A stretch of 64,000 nt of DNA from assembly GCA_020184695.1 (NCBI GenBank), contig JAANOX010000151.1, forward strand, positions 28,964-92,963, written 5' to 3'. Positions 42,031 through 51,700 of this stretch are shown here, one piece after another. Position 1 is the stretch's first letter, and each line of letters starts with the position of its first letter. The DNA comes from Histomonas meleagridis 2922-C6/04-290x. Lineage: Eukaryota > Protista > Parabasalia. The notes beneath the pieces are model-generated. The model was not told the origin of the DNA, searched no databases, and saw only the letters and a program-made list of their open reading frames with translations. A program made the translations under genes and the position numbers.

Positions 42031-43056
42031 ATGAGCAACAAGATAATAGCTGCGGTTGACAGTAAGCTTAGGAAATTCGAACTTGATATTCGCCGTCGTG
42101 TTATTTACGGCTCCCATCAAACAGCTGAATCAGCATGTCTTCTTATAAAAAAGTCTATCCAAAATGCAAAAACCGATGAAGATGTAAAATATGTAATACA
42201 GTATATTATAAACCAGCTTCAGAAACATCTTTCTAATAACATTGTTATTCGAAATTTATGTGCCGATATTTCAAGAAATCTTAATGAAGAATGGCTTGCA
42301 TCTAGACCAGAAAACAGAGAAATTGTTCGAAGTACTTCACGTTCTGTTCTGGATATGTTTGTTACAACAAATGATTATGAAGATATTGAACCACCTGCTT
42401 CAGCTCTCAAGACTCGAATGGAAGAAATTCTCAATTCCACCATCGATGAGCTTTCTAGTACATACGAAGCCATTGCTCGACATTCTCCAAATTTCATATC
42501 ATCAAATGATATAATATTAACTGTTGGAGTATCCACCTCAATTCTAAAGTTTCTTTCTGATAGCAAATGCAAGAAGACTGTCATTATCCCTGAACATGCA
42601 CCTCAATATGATGGAAATGAAATGGCCAAGAAATTGCGCGATTGTGGTATCAAAGTCATAGTAATTCCAGACTCCGCCATCTTTGCTATCATTCCCAAAG
42701 TCAGCAAAATCATTGTATCTGCCAAAGCTGTTTTGTTGAATGGCGGCATTGTCAGTTATTCCATCACCAAGTCGATTGCGCTTGCTGCGAAGTATTACTC
42801 GAAGCCATTTATAGCGCTGTATTGGAACTCGAAGCTGTCAAACGAATTCTCCAAACCGGGGAAGACGTTTACGAATCTTCTGCAGCCCGATCAGGTGCTG
42901 CCGTACACAGACGCGGAGATAACAGACACCGTTGTGATCAACGTGGAAAGCGATTACTTGCCGCCGGAGTTAATCACAATGTTGATAAGTGAAAACGGAC
43001 CACACTGTCCGCCGAACGTGTTCTCTTACGTACAAAAACATTTCTTCGATGAATAA
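42031..43056 (+). CDS. EIF2B2: Translation initiation factor eIF2B beta subunit
   Basis: ILTVGVS, VIIPEHAPQYDG.EMAKKL, IPDSAIFAIIPKVSKII..AKAVLLNGG, ALAAKYYSKP, DYLPPELITMLISENG. Confidence 0.88.
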   Translation: MSNKIIAAVDSKLRKFELDIRRRVIYGSHQTAESACLLIKKSIQNAKTDEDVKYVIQYIINQLQKHLSNNIVIRNLCADISRNLNEEWLASRPENREIVRSTSRSVLDMFVTTNDYEDIEPPASALKTRMEEILNSTIDELSSTYEAIARHSPNFISSNDIILTVGVSTSILKFLSDSKCKKTVIIPEHAPQYDGNEMAKKLRDCGIKVIVIPDSAIFAIIPKVSKIIVSAKAVLLNGGIVSYSITKSIALAAKYYSKPFIALYWNSKLSNEFSKPGKTFTNLLQPDQVLPYTDAEITDTVVINVESDYLPPELITMLISENGPHCPPNVFSYVQKHFFDE

Positions 43057-43512
43057 TTGTATAAAGTAGTGAGTAAATATCATATTTATACATAGTGTGT
43101 TGGACAGTGTTTCGCTTTTGTTGGATTTTTCATATGGAATTAATGAAATTATTTGCAAAATATTAAGGTCAATTATTGCAGGTATCACATGTGAATCAAA
43201 TTTAATAACGAAAATGGGCAAATTGATAATCTATTCAATCATTATAAGAAATCAAAGAACACTTTGTGCAATAAAAAAATGAACTTAACGAGAAATCAGT
43301 GTAATGAAAAAATAGCAAATCTCTCAACAATACAAATCACATTGGACTTACTGTGGCAAATGTCAAATCATTCACCGCTTGAAAGAGCTCTCAACTTAAT
43401 AAATATCTACAAATCATTGCGAGTGTTTGTTAAATGCACTTAAAAACTCATCCATAAAACGCGTAAACTCAAGCACAGCATTTTGCATCAAATTGTGAAA
43501 AAAAATTCCAGC

Positions 43513-43764
43513 AAAAAAAGAGTTTATTTAATGCGCACGAAGCGATAAAAAAAGAGTATTTTTACGCACGAAGCGATCAAAAAAAAAAGATTCGTTTTTA
43601 CGCACGAAGCGTTACTAAAAGAGTATTTTTACGCACGAAGCGTTATAAAAAGAGTAAAGGTGAATCAATGACGCTAAGTCATTGAAACAAAAATATATAA
43701 ATATATATTAAATAATATTAACAGAAATAGTGGCACAAAGCCGTGTTATCAACGCGAAGTTGAT
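43513..43764. repeat. Intergenic direct-repeat/mini-hairpin array
   Basis: GCACGAAGCG at 43535, 43566, 43602 and 43633 (period 31/36/31) within AAAAAGAGTATTTTTA-like units. Then hairpins TCAATGAC-GCTAA-GTCATTGA (43665-43685) and ATCAAC-GCGAA-GTTGAT (43748-43764). Confidence 0.85.
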
Positions 43765-43830
43765 TTTGAATTGTTTACACTCCAATTTGCGATTTTACAC
43801 ATTTAGAGATTGGACACGAAGTCAATCTCT

Positions 43831-44883
43831 TTATGCGTAAATGCATGGAGGAACAATTCGTGGCGGCCTAGTGATAGGCCTGGATACCTTAATGGCATTC
43901 AATGGTTTGAATTGTGTATCCATTGCATGACATTCAGGTATTGGTATTTGTGGTAATTCGAGAGTTTCGTAAGTTAGTAGTGGGTAAGACAATGCTTCTT
44001 CAACGGTGATACGATTCTTTGGATCTAAATGAAGCATCGATTTTATCAAATCTTTGATTCCTAGAAATTCCGGTGGAAGAGTGTTTTGAAGGAATTCTTC
44101 AAGTCGTGAGTCATAAAGACGCATCATTGAGGCGTATTCCGCTTTTGGTAATTGTTGAAAACTTGGCCAATTATCAACTGTTGGAGAGCCACAAATCCTA
44201 AAAATGGAATCTAATTGTGATATATCACTTGATGTGGATGGTTTGAAAAGAACTTTTCCTGTTATGATTTCATATATGACACAGCCAAGACTCCATACAT
44301 CAACTGCTTGGTCATAATATGGGTCACCAAGAATAAGCTCTGGCGCTCTATATGATGGGGTTACAACTTTAGGAGTTAATGGTCGATTTTGTTGGTCTAA
44401 TTTTCGGGCTAATCCAGGATCTCCTAACTTGATTATGTTATCCTTTGTAACCATTATATTTGATGGCTTAATGTCACGGTGAACATAGCCCAGCTTATGC
44501 ATTGAATATACGCCATTGAGTAATTGCTTAATGAAATCGAGCTTATGCTCGAACGATAATGCGTTACGATGAATTAGTCCTGCTAAGTCGTATTCACAAT
44601 AATCCAAAACTAAGTATATGCTTTGATCAATTGGATTACGTTCAATGCCTCTTAGTCCAACAATATTTATATTATTCATTTCCTTTAGGCATTTTGTTTC
44701 CCTGTAAAAAGATTGTGGAAGACCAGTATGTAAACCAAATGTTTTAATTTTTTTTAATGCTACAATTTCTCCTGTTTGTTTATCAACTGCTTTAAAAACA
44801 TTTCCATAACCCCCACGCCCAACCTCTGTAATAATTGAGTATCTTGAAGTTGCGGTGGGGGAAAATCCATCTTCTTTCTCCAT
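43831..44883 (-). CDS. CMGC cyclin-dependent kinase, CDK9/12(CRK)-related
   Basis: VGRGGYGNV, VALKKIK, DYCEYDLAGL, HRDIKPSN, LTPKVVTPSYRAPELILG, DVWSLGC. DFG reads DPG. Confidence 0.88.
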   Translation of the reverse strand: MEKEDGFSPTATSRYSIITEVGRGGYGNVFKAVDKQTGEIVALKKIKTFGLHTGLPQSFYRETKCLKEMNNINIVGLRGIERNPIDQSIYLVLDYCEYDLAGLIHRNALSFEHKLDFIKQLLNGVYSMHKLGYVHRDIKPSNIMVTKDNIIKLGDPGLARKLDQQNRPLTPKVVTPSYRAPELILGDPYYDQAVDVWSLGCVIYEIITGKVLFKPSTSSDISQLDSIFRICGSPTVDNWPSFQQLPKAEYASMMRLYDSRLEEFLQNTLPPEFLGIKDLIKSMLHLDPKNRITVEEALSYPLLTYETLELPQIPIPECHAMDTQFKPLNAIKVSRPITRPPRIVPPCIYA

Positions 44884-44987
44884 TGCAACTAAATTTTGTC
44901 AGAAAGTAAACCAGCCAAAAAAACGAACATTTGACCAAACAATTGAACTAAAATTTGGTCAAGTAAATTCTGTGCGAAGTGAATAAT

Positions 44988-44997
44988 GGGGTGCCCC
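44988..44997. promoter_or_regulatory. GGGGTGCCCC candidate promoter element upstream of the CDK gene
   Basis: 105 nt upstream of the ATG at 44883. The same core recurs at 47710, 57348 and 60895 upstream of genes. Confidence 0.4.
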
Positions 44998-45439
44998 GTT
45001 TCAATTGGCCAATCAATAAAATCATGTCATTTTTGTATAAGTTCTTCTCGAAATCTGCTATACAGCTGCTAAAATCATTAGTTTATCATTTCCATGTTCA
45101 TTATATGAAATTTTACTATGTTTTTTTTTTTTATCCCAATCATTGGAATCAATTGTGAATTATTTTTATTGAAAAGTTTATATAAAAAGTGAAACAGTTT
45201 ACAAGCTGAAATTGTTTCAAGAAGAAGCCTTCCATTAAGAATATAACTTAAATTACAAATTTTTTTGAATACTACTTATTAGAAAGTAATCTTTTATGTA
45301 CATTATTATCATAATTAAAATACTTTTTATTCATTAACTAAAACTAAATTCAACAAATATCAAATTATTTATATTATTTTTAAATTTAATATGAAAAAAT
45401 CGCTGCAATTTATTAATATTTGTTTACTCAAAATAACAT

Positions 45440-47119
45440 TTACATTTCCAGATCGAACTCATCCGACTTTTCTATATAATTCTGGATTATTTCCAACGCT
45501 TCCGCCGCGTCCGGCTCGCTTTCGAGCACGCTCAGCACCTCGCTGAGCTTATCCGGCGTTTCCTTATGCGCCAGCACGTCCTTAAACAGTCCGATTGCCG
45601 ACGCGATCATTCCCTCAGTCATTAAGTTATCGCCTTCGAACTTAGCCAACACGTCGTATGCCTTCATTGCGTAGAAATAGTAACCACTGTTGAAGCAATC
45701 GTTCGCAATAATTTGTAGCAAAGTTTTCGCGTCTTCAGTTTGTGTTGCATCCACGTAAAGTTTCCATGCTTCGTCTGGTTTATCATTTTTAATGTAACAT
45801 CTACAAAGCCAAGATGTGTAAAATATCTCTTTTGTATATTGTTGATTCTTCACCAATAGGAAATACTTTTCCGCTTCTTTCCAACGTGATAATATTGCAT
45901 AAGTCATAGCTTTGTTATAATTAAATTCATCTGTTTCATTAACATATTGTTCAATTGTTTGTAATATTTTTAATGTTTCTTGATATTCACTAGTGATAAA
46001 ATGTGATGAAATTAAACATTCACGTCCAGGTACAGTATCACATACGCCTTCTGTATTACCAATCTCAGCATAAATACCATTCGCTTCATCAATGAGATTC
46101 GCATCTGAATTAAGTTGACCATACGCTAATAATACATTAGCTTTCAATATGGACTCAGAGATCTCAACAGGTTGCATATGCTCAACTAAGTTATACGCTT
46201 CAACGCAATTGTTGGTGCGCATGTACATTACAGCTAAGTTATACCGTGCTTCGGGTAATGTATCGACTAACGATGGTAAGACACTAAAGGCATCTTCTCC
46301 ATCATGGAACACTACAAGGTTATGGTTGATCAAGGAGTTGATAAATGTATATGAAGAACTGGAAAATTTCCGAATTTGTAAGATTTGTGATTCAGCAATC
46401 TCGGGCTCAAAAAGACGTAAATAGCCACACGCTTTGAGATTAAGGCCAATGGCAGAGTCGGAGTTGACTGAAAGATATTCATCAACTGATTCATTAGATT
46501 CTTGAAATTGATCTAACTTGAATTGACACATGGCAATGTAGACATGAAGCGCTATGAAGTCTGGATTCTGTAGGAGAATTCGTTGGTAGATTTCAATGGC
46601 ATCGGAATAATTGGATCGCATATAATTAATGGCAGCAAGAGAAAGCTGATTTTCCATGGTACCAACAAGTTTAGAATGGGCCTTGAAAAGTAGTTGTTCA
46701 TCATTGAGCTGTTGTGCGATATGAAACTCTAAACGAGTGCGATAATCACCTTCAGGTCCTTTTTCAACTGCTTTCTTTGCTTCTTCAAATTCGTGATTAT
46801 AGTAAAGGCAAGAAGAAATGCAGAGATATAAATTTGTATTTTCAGGTTCTTCTTGTAATAATTTTTTGTATACATTTATTGCACCAGCATAATCGCCTAA
46901 ATGGAAAAGTGAATAACCATGCCAAAGAGCCATTTCTTTGGTATAAGGTTGATTTAGTTCATCCCTTAAAAACTCGATGAAAGTGGCAGCACCACTATAA
47001 TCTCGACTCTCAATAGATTGAAGAATAAATTGTTCATTTGCTTCATTTTTTGGTGGTGCTGGTTCAAGTTTTTCTTTGGTAGGTGTGTTGGTTCGCTTCT
47101 TATTGCTGCCAACAATCAT
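45440..47119 (-). CDS. TTC26: Intraflagellar transport protein 56 (TTC26/DYF-13)
   Basis: TPR protein; RDYSGAATFIEF, LWHGYSLFHLGDY, QLSLAAINYMRSNY.DAIEIY, YLSVNSDSAIGLNLKAC, HNLVVFHDGE.A..VLP, DTVPGRECL, WLCRCYI. Confidence 0.93.
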   Translation of the reverse strand: MIVGSNKKRTNTPTKEKLEPAPPKNEANEQFILQSIESRDYSGAATFIEFLRDELNQPYTKEMALWHGYSLFHLGDYAGAINVYKKLLQEEPENTNLYLCISSCLYYNHEFEEAKKAVEKGPEGDYRTRLEFHIAQQLNDEQLLFKAHSKLVGTMENQLSLAAINYMRSNYSDAIEIYQRILLQNPDFIALHVYIAMCQFKLDQFQESNESVDEYLSVNSDSAIGLNLKACGYLRLFEPEIAESQILQIRKFSSSSYTFINSLINHNLVVFHDGEDAFSVLPSLVDTLPEARYNLAVMYMRTNNCVEAYNLVEHMQPVEISESILKANVLLAYGQLNSDANLIDEANGIYAEIGNTEGVCDTVPGRECLISSHFITSEYQETLKILQTIEQYVNETDEFNYNKAMTYAILSRWKEAEKYFLLVKNQQYTKEIFYTSWLCRCYIKNDKPDEAWKLYVDATQTEDAKTLLQIIANDCFNSGYYFYAMKAYDVLAKFEGDNLMTEGMIASAIGLFKDVLAHKETPDKLSEVLSVLESEPDAAEALEIIQNYIEKSDEFDLEM

Positions 47120-47709
47120 CGAAATTAAAAAAACGAGCTATTTCATGTCACATTTCAAAAAAAAAAATTATTAAAAAAAAATATATGTATTAGAAATCAT
47201 TTATTGTATGGTTTCACTAAAACTTTATATTCGAATAACAACCAAGTAATGTTAGTAAAAATTAATGTGAATATTTGAATATTGAATTTTCACAATTTTA
47301 ATCATATCAAAGAGTTATTTTAATTAAAAAAGAACAAATTCATGAAAACAAAAATTTGTTTTTATTAAAGTAACTTGGCTTATTATAAGAATACACATTA
47401 ATTATTATTAATTTAATTAATGAAAAATCACATAGAAACATGAACTTATAGCAACCCACAAATTAACTCAAGAGCGACAAGCAAAGCCTGTCTTATGAAC
47501 ATTATTAAAATTAACAATTTTAAAATATGATTAATAAAAATGTGGAGAGGCTGTATGGAATGTTAAGCAACGATGCTATCCATTTAATCGACTCCTTTGT
47601 CTGGTCAAACTGGCGATCATATTCCAACTAAAGAATAGGTCGTGTAATAACCAATTTGGCCAGACAAAACCGCTTTTACACAATTTTTGGAGTGCCTCAT
47701 TGCTGTACA

Positions 47710-47718
47710 GGGTGCCCC
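47710..47718 (+). promoter_or_regulatory. GGGTGCCCC candidate promoter element upstream of the VPS9 gene
   Basis: ACAGGGTGCCCCAAAT lies about 40 nt before ATG 47759. A near-identical ACAGGGTGCCCAAAAT precedes the GPN gene. Confidence 0.4.
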
Positions 47719-47758
47719 AAATATACCAAAGAAATGTCATATAAAAAATCTGTCAAAA

Positions 47759-49819
47759 ATGAGTTCAGACTCAGATCTAGGGATTCTTCGTCAATTACTC
47801 CACCGTGAACAAGCATTCTTTGATATCGAACAACAACAAGCTAAATCTTTCGAGAAAGATTCTTATAATTCAATTAAAAATCTTATATTCCAAACTAGAA
47901 AAGTTTATTCTCTTCATTTATCTGTCCTTGAACAACATCAAACAGGTACACCAAGAGATATCCCAGATTTAATGACAATGTCAAATAATTTACCTCATGG
48001 ATTTTCAGCAATTCACCAACGAACATTCCAAACAATGACGGCGTCTTTACTTGGAGATCCTAAAAAATTTGCAGAATTACTTTCAAAGTATATTGATGAG
48101 AATCCCGAGAGTGAAAATTTAATAGTCTTTTCTTTAATCCCTGCACTTTTCTCATGTTTATGGTCACAAGAAGAGGCAACTCGTTTTGTTGAGCTTCTCC
48201 TTTCCTTTGACCCCAAATATTATCCATCTTTTACTCGACTTCTTATTGTTCATCCTTCATTTTTCGTTTTCCTTTCTTCAATCCAATCCGAAGCTAATAG
48301 GCTTCTTAATTCTGATGATCTTAGTTTTTCATCCATCATTGCACTTCTACAATCTATTACATTTCTCTTTCCATCTTCCATTCATTATCTTCTTTCTAAA
48401 GTTCCTGATCCCACCAAATTCTTTTATGATTGTATTCTTGAACCACTTCTTAAGAATCCAGCATTATATGGTCTTGTACCATCTAGTGAAACTCGAACAT
48501 TTTCATCGTTATGTGAAAATCCTGATATGGAACAAGTTGCCTCACTTGTTGACATTCTTGTCAAACAAACCAATACAATTCAAATGCAACCAGTAGAAAG
48601 TTCACTTTCATCTGTCCTTTCTGGTAAAGAGCAATTGATTTACTTACTTCGAGACGATTGTAAAATATTGAAATTGATCACAAACAGTGATGTGGTCCCC
48701 CCCGAAGACGATGGAGTCTATCAAGTTCCATTTAAACGGTCGATTCCTCAACCTACTGTAACCAAAACTGATAGCACTGACGATTCTGATCCATTTGAGG
48801 CATTACTTCGTACATTAGTCATTCAACTTGATGTTGCTCATGCAGGTAAGGATATCATTGATACACTTGATGCAGCTTTAATGTTGCATGCAGGTGCATC
48901 TCGTCTTAAATTCGAACTACGCCTTGATGAGTTCAAGCAAATGAAGAAACAAAAGAATGCGCCAGATGATGTCTCTTATTATGTCCAACTTCTTACTTCA
49001 GCATATGAACAAAGAATGAAACATCGTAAAGCCACTTTATCCAATTCTACCACCAGCGATGTCTTCAAGGTTCAAAATCTTCAATCCTCCCAAGCCGTCA
49101 ACTTCTTATTGCGTACTCGTCAAATGGCATTTTTCAATACATGGTGTGACACAGGTGTCTTTGACAACATTGAATCCCAATATTCCGAGCTCTGTACCAA
49201 CAACAAAACCTTTTCACAAACCTACAAGTCTCTCATTACCAGTTTCATACAATTTGCCGAAGAAAAGAAATTCAGTACCACCAAAGACCAATACGTACCA
49301 ATTGTTTACAATCGCCTTACCCAAAAGATCACATTATCTCTTTTCCGTTCATATCATCCCGAACTTGTCAAACTTGATGATGACATTCACAACATGATCG
49401 AAAACCATCGCGATTTCCTCTACTCAAGGAACTCGTTACCCTTCTTACAAGCGTTTAAAGATGACCCGCAATTAATGGGCCTCTCGGCGCAACATTTGGA
49501 ACGCGCGTTTTTGGAGGATTCGGTGATCCCGATCGCCGAATGGATCGATCGAGCACTCACCGCGCTCATACACGTGCTGAGCTTCCAGGGATATAAGGAA
49601 ATAGGCGCCGACCATTGGCTGCCAATGACATTGATACTGTTCATACACGTCAACCCACCAAAGATCGCATCAGTCGCCGCGTACATGCACCACTGCTTGC
49701 TCACGCTCACCGACAATACGCCAATATCCCAGTCAATCGAATATAACATGACAATGACACACTCGGCATCAGAATATTTCAAAAATGAATTGCAAAAAAT
49801 GAACTCAGGAACAGAGTAA
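47759..49819 (+). CDS. VPS9-domain protein (Rab5-family GEF)
   Basis: C-terminal VPS9 motif EIGADHWLPMTLILFIHVNPPKIAS...EYNMT. First ATG is at 47759 (the ORF track starts at a TTG, 47687). Confidence 0.8.
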   Translation: MSSDSDLGILRQLLHREQAFFDIEQQQAKSFEKDSYNSIKNLIFQTRKVYSLHLSVLEQHQTGTPRDIPDLMTMSNNLPHGFSAIHQRTFQTMTASLLGDPKKFAELLSKYIDENPESENLIVFSLIPALFSCLWSQEEATRFVELLLSFDPKYYPSFTRLLIVHPSFFVFLSSIQSEANRLLNSDDLSFSSIIALLQSITFLFPSSIHYLLSKVPDPTKFFYDCILEPLLKNPALYGLVPSSETRTFSSLCENPDMEQVASLVDILVKQTNTIQMQPVESSLSSVLSGKEQLIYLLRDDCKILKLITNSDVVPPEDDGVYQVPFKRSIPQPTVTKTDSTDDSDPFEALLRTLVIQLDVAHAGKDIIDTLDAALMLHAGASRLKFELRLDEFKQMKKQKNAPDDVSYYVQLLTSAYEQRMKHRKATLSNSTTSDVFKVQNLQSSQAVNFLLRTRQMAFFNTWCDTGVFDNIESQYSELCTNNKTFSQTYKSLITSFIQFAEEKKFSTTKDQYVPIVYNRLTQKITLSLFRSYHPELVKLDDDIHNMIENHRDFLYSRNSLPFLQAFKDDPQLMGLSAQHLERAFLEDSVIPIAEWIDRALTALIHVLSFQGYKEIGADHWLPMTLILFIHVNPPKIASVAAYMHHCLLTLTDNTPISQSIEYNMTMTHSASEYFKNELQKMNSGTE

Positions 49820-51700
49820 TAAACGTTTTGATTTCTATTTGATTGTGAATTCGCTATAATGGAATCGAAATTTGTTTTTATGAATGTTATTAACAGTTTT
49901 CTCAATGAATATTTAAAGTTTTCAGTTTTAAAATTGAAATTTTGTGGGTATTTCATCTTAGGATGGGTGTTTCATATGAAATTTGAAATTAAAACATATC
50001 AATGATATCAGTGGTGAAGTAATAATTGTGGTTTAGCATTTTGTGTTTTTTGGCAAATATAACAAAATATTTTTCTTTGTGTTCTCTGTTGTTAGCTATA
50101 TGTTGAATTTATATTGATGTAATTATAGGAATTTTAATTGAGCAATATGACTAAATTAAAATAAATTATCCAATTTTTCAAGAATTTGAATGGATTTATA
50201 TACTTGCGACGTGAAATAAAACAAACGGTTCAAAAATTCGTCATGTTTATCAAATATTATGTTTATGCAATGAAGCAACATAAGAGAATATTACTGCACA
50301 TTAAATAACACCACCAATTTGCATGAATACAGACATTATTAATTTTGCTTTTGAATTATTGAATACATGTACATGGAAATTCCATATTGATGGTTGTTAA
50401 TGAAACTGCTTGTGGTTTTATCATAACCGTTTGTTGTGACTCCCTGCATTGAAAAGTGCATTTATTATTGTATTTCAATTTTTATTTTTTGTTATTGACA
50501 AAACTGTAAAATTTTGAATAGTTTACTTATTACAATATACGATACATTCAATTCCTCTCAAATTTCTTATCATCCCAAAGTCTGATTCTTCAAACATGTG
50601 ATGCATATAAATATGGAAACACAGACAGCTACAAAGCGGAGAAGATGTTATTGAAAAATATCAGATAAAAAACTCAATCATAAAATACCAATCAGGAGAT
50701 ATCGAATATTACTTGCAAGTAAGAGTCTTATTTTCATTACTGATACCTTTATTTTTTAAAACATTAATTTTTTTTTAAAGTTATATAATTATAAAAAATT
50801 TGACCTTTTAGTAAAATGTTTATGACCAAGCCAGCAAATTGCCTTCATTGTCTGACCTGTTCTCTGCGCTACAAAGGCGAAGCAGCTCCTTGAATAGAAA
50901 AATTGATACTTATCAAATTTATTTTAAGAGACAAATTTTACCCACAATTCATGGAAGCACATGCATCACCATACGATTTAAGTTCTGTTCTACATACAAA
51001 TCTTAAAAAACAACAAGAACTTAAAATTTTTCAAAATGTTTTTTTTTGTGAGTGTGAAAGTCAAATGCTTTTGCTAACATCCCAGTAATTTCTAAATATA
51101 TAAATGCAAAGAGAAGCTCTACTTTCGATTTTAATATCTCAACACGACTCAAGCAATGCCCAGAATCGATGGCGGTTTGAACACAATTTTCATTTTGAAT
51201 GATTTATATGGGGTTAAACACACGTTCATCGGATGTGTTACTGTTTCTTGATCTATATCATTCATGCCTTTAGTGCATTCCAAATGACAGATGTTAATAA
51301 TAACTTGGATTTTTTTGAAGGTCATTTATCAAATATGCAAACACATAAAAATGCAAACTTATTTCTTATTTCATCAAATCAACATAGTCGTAATTTGTTA
51401 TTTGACTCACGCAGCGCTATATTCCAAATTTCCATTAAAAGTTTTTTAAATCAATTTTCCCACTTTAAAAAGAGTTTCCTCATCCGACCGTTTTTATCTA
51501 ATTCATTATTTTCAGTATTGAACACATATTGCAAATTTTTTGATTTTTCATCACTTCAAATACGAAAAGACAATTCTTTCGATAAAAAATGTTTTTATGT
51601 CATTCCACATTTTCTTGCTGATAATTTCCTTTTTGTTATTGTTCTTTGGTGCATAATTTTCTATCTTAAAAAGATTTTGCTTGAATATAAAATTGTTCAT

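Noticed and set aside
43513-43655. CRISPR-like array
   Set aside because: Intervening sequences are short, A/T-homopolymeric and similar to each other, there are no cas genes, and the context is eukaryotic.
49420-49956. 178-aa antisense ORF (also 62881-63441 and 40052-40620)
   Set aside because: Explained by stop-codon scarcity opposite GC-richer or repetitive coding sequence.
51048-51085. Intron-like GTGAGT...GCTAACATCCCAG (38 nt)
   Set aside because: Splicing yields only a short ORF with no recognisable product, and branch-to-AG spacing differs from the parabasalid consensus.
51233-51700. 186-aa ORF upstream of the BspA gene
   Set aside because: Only its last 30 codons (the signal peptide) are explained; the rest is F/S/N-rich with no recognisable domain. 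It could be a relic but is unsupported.
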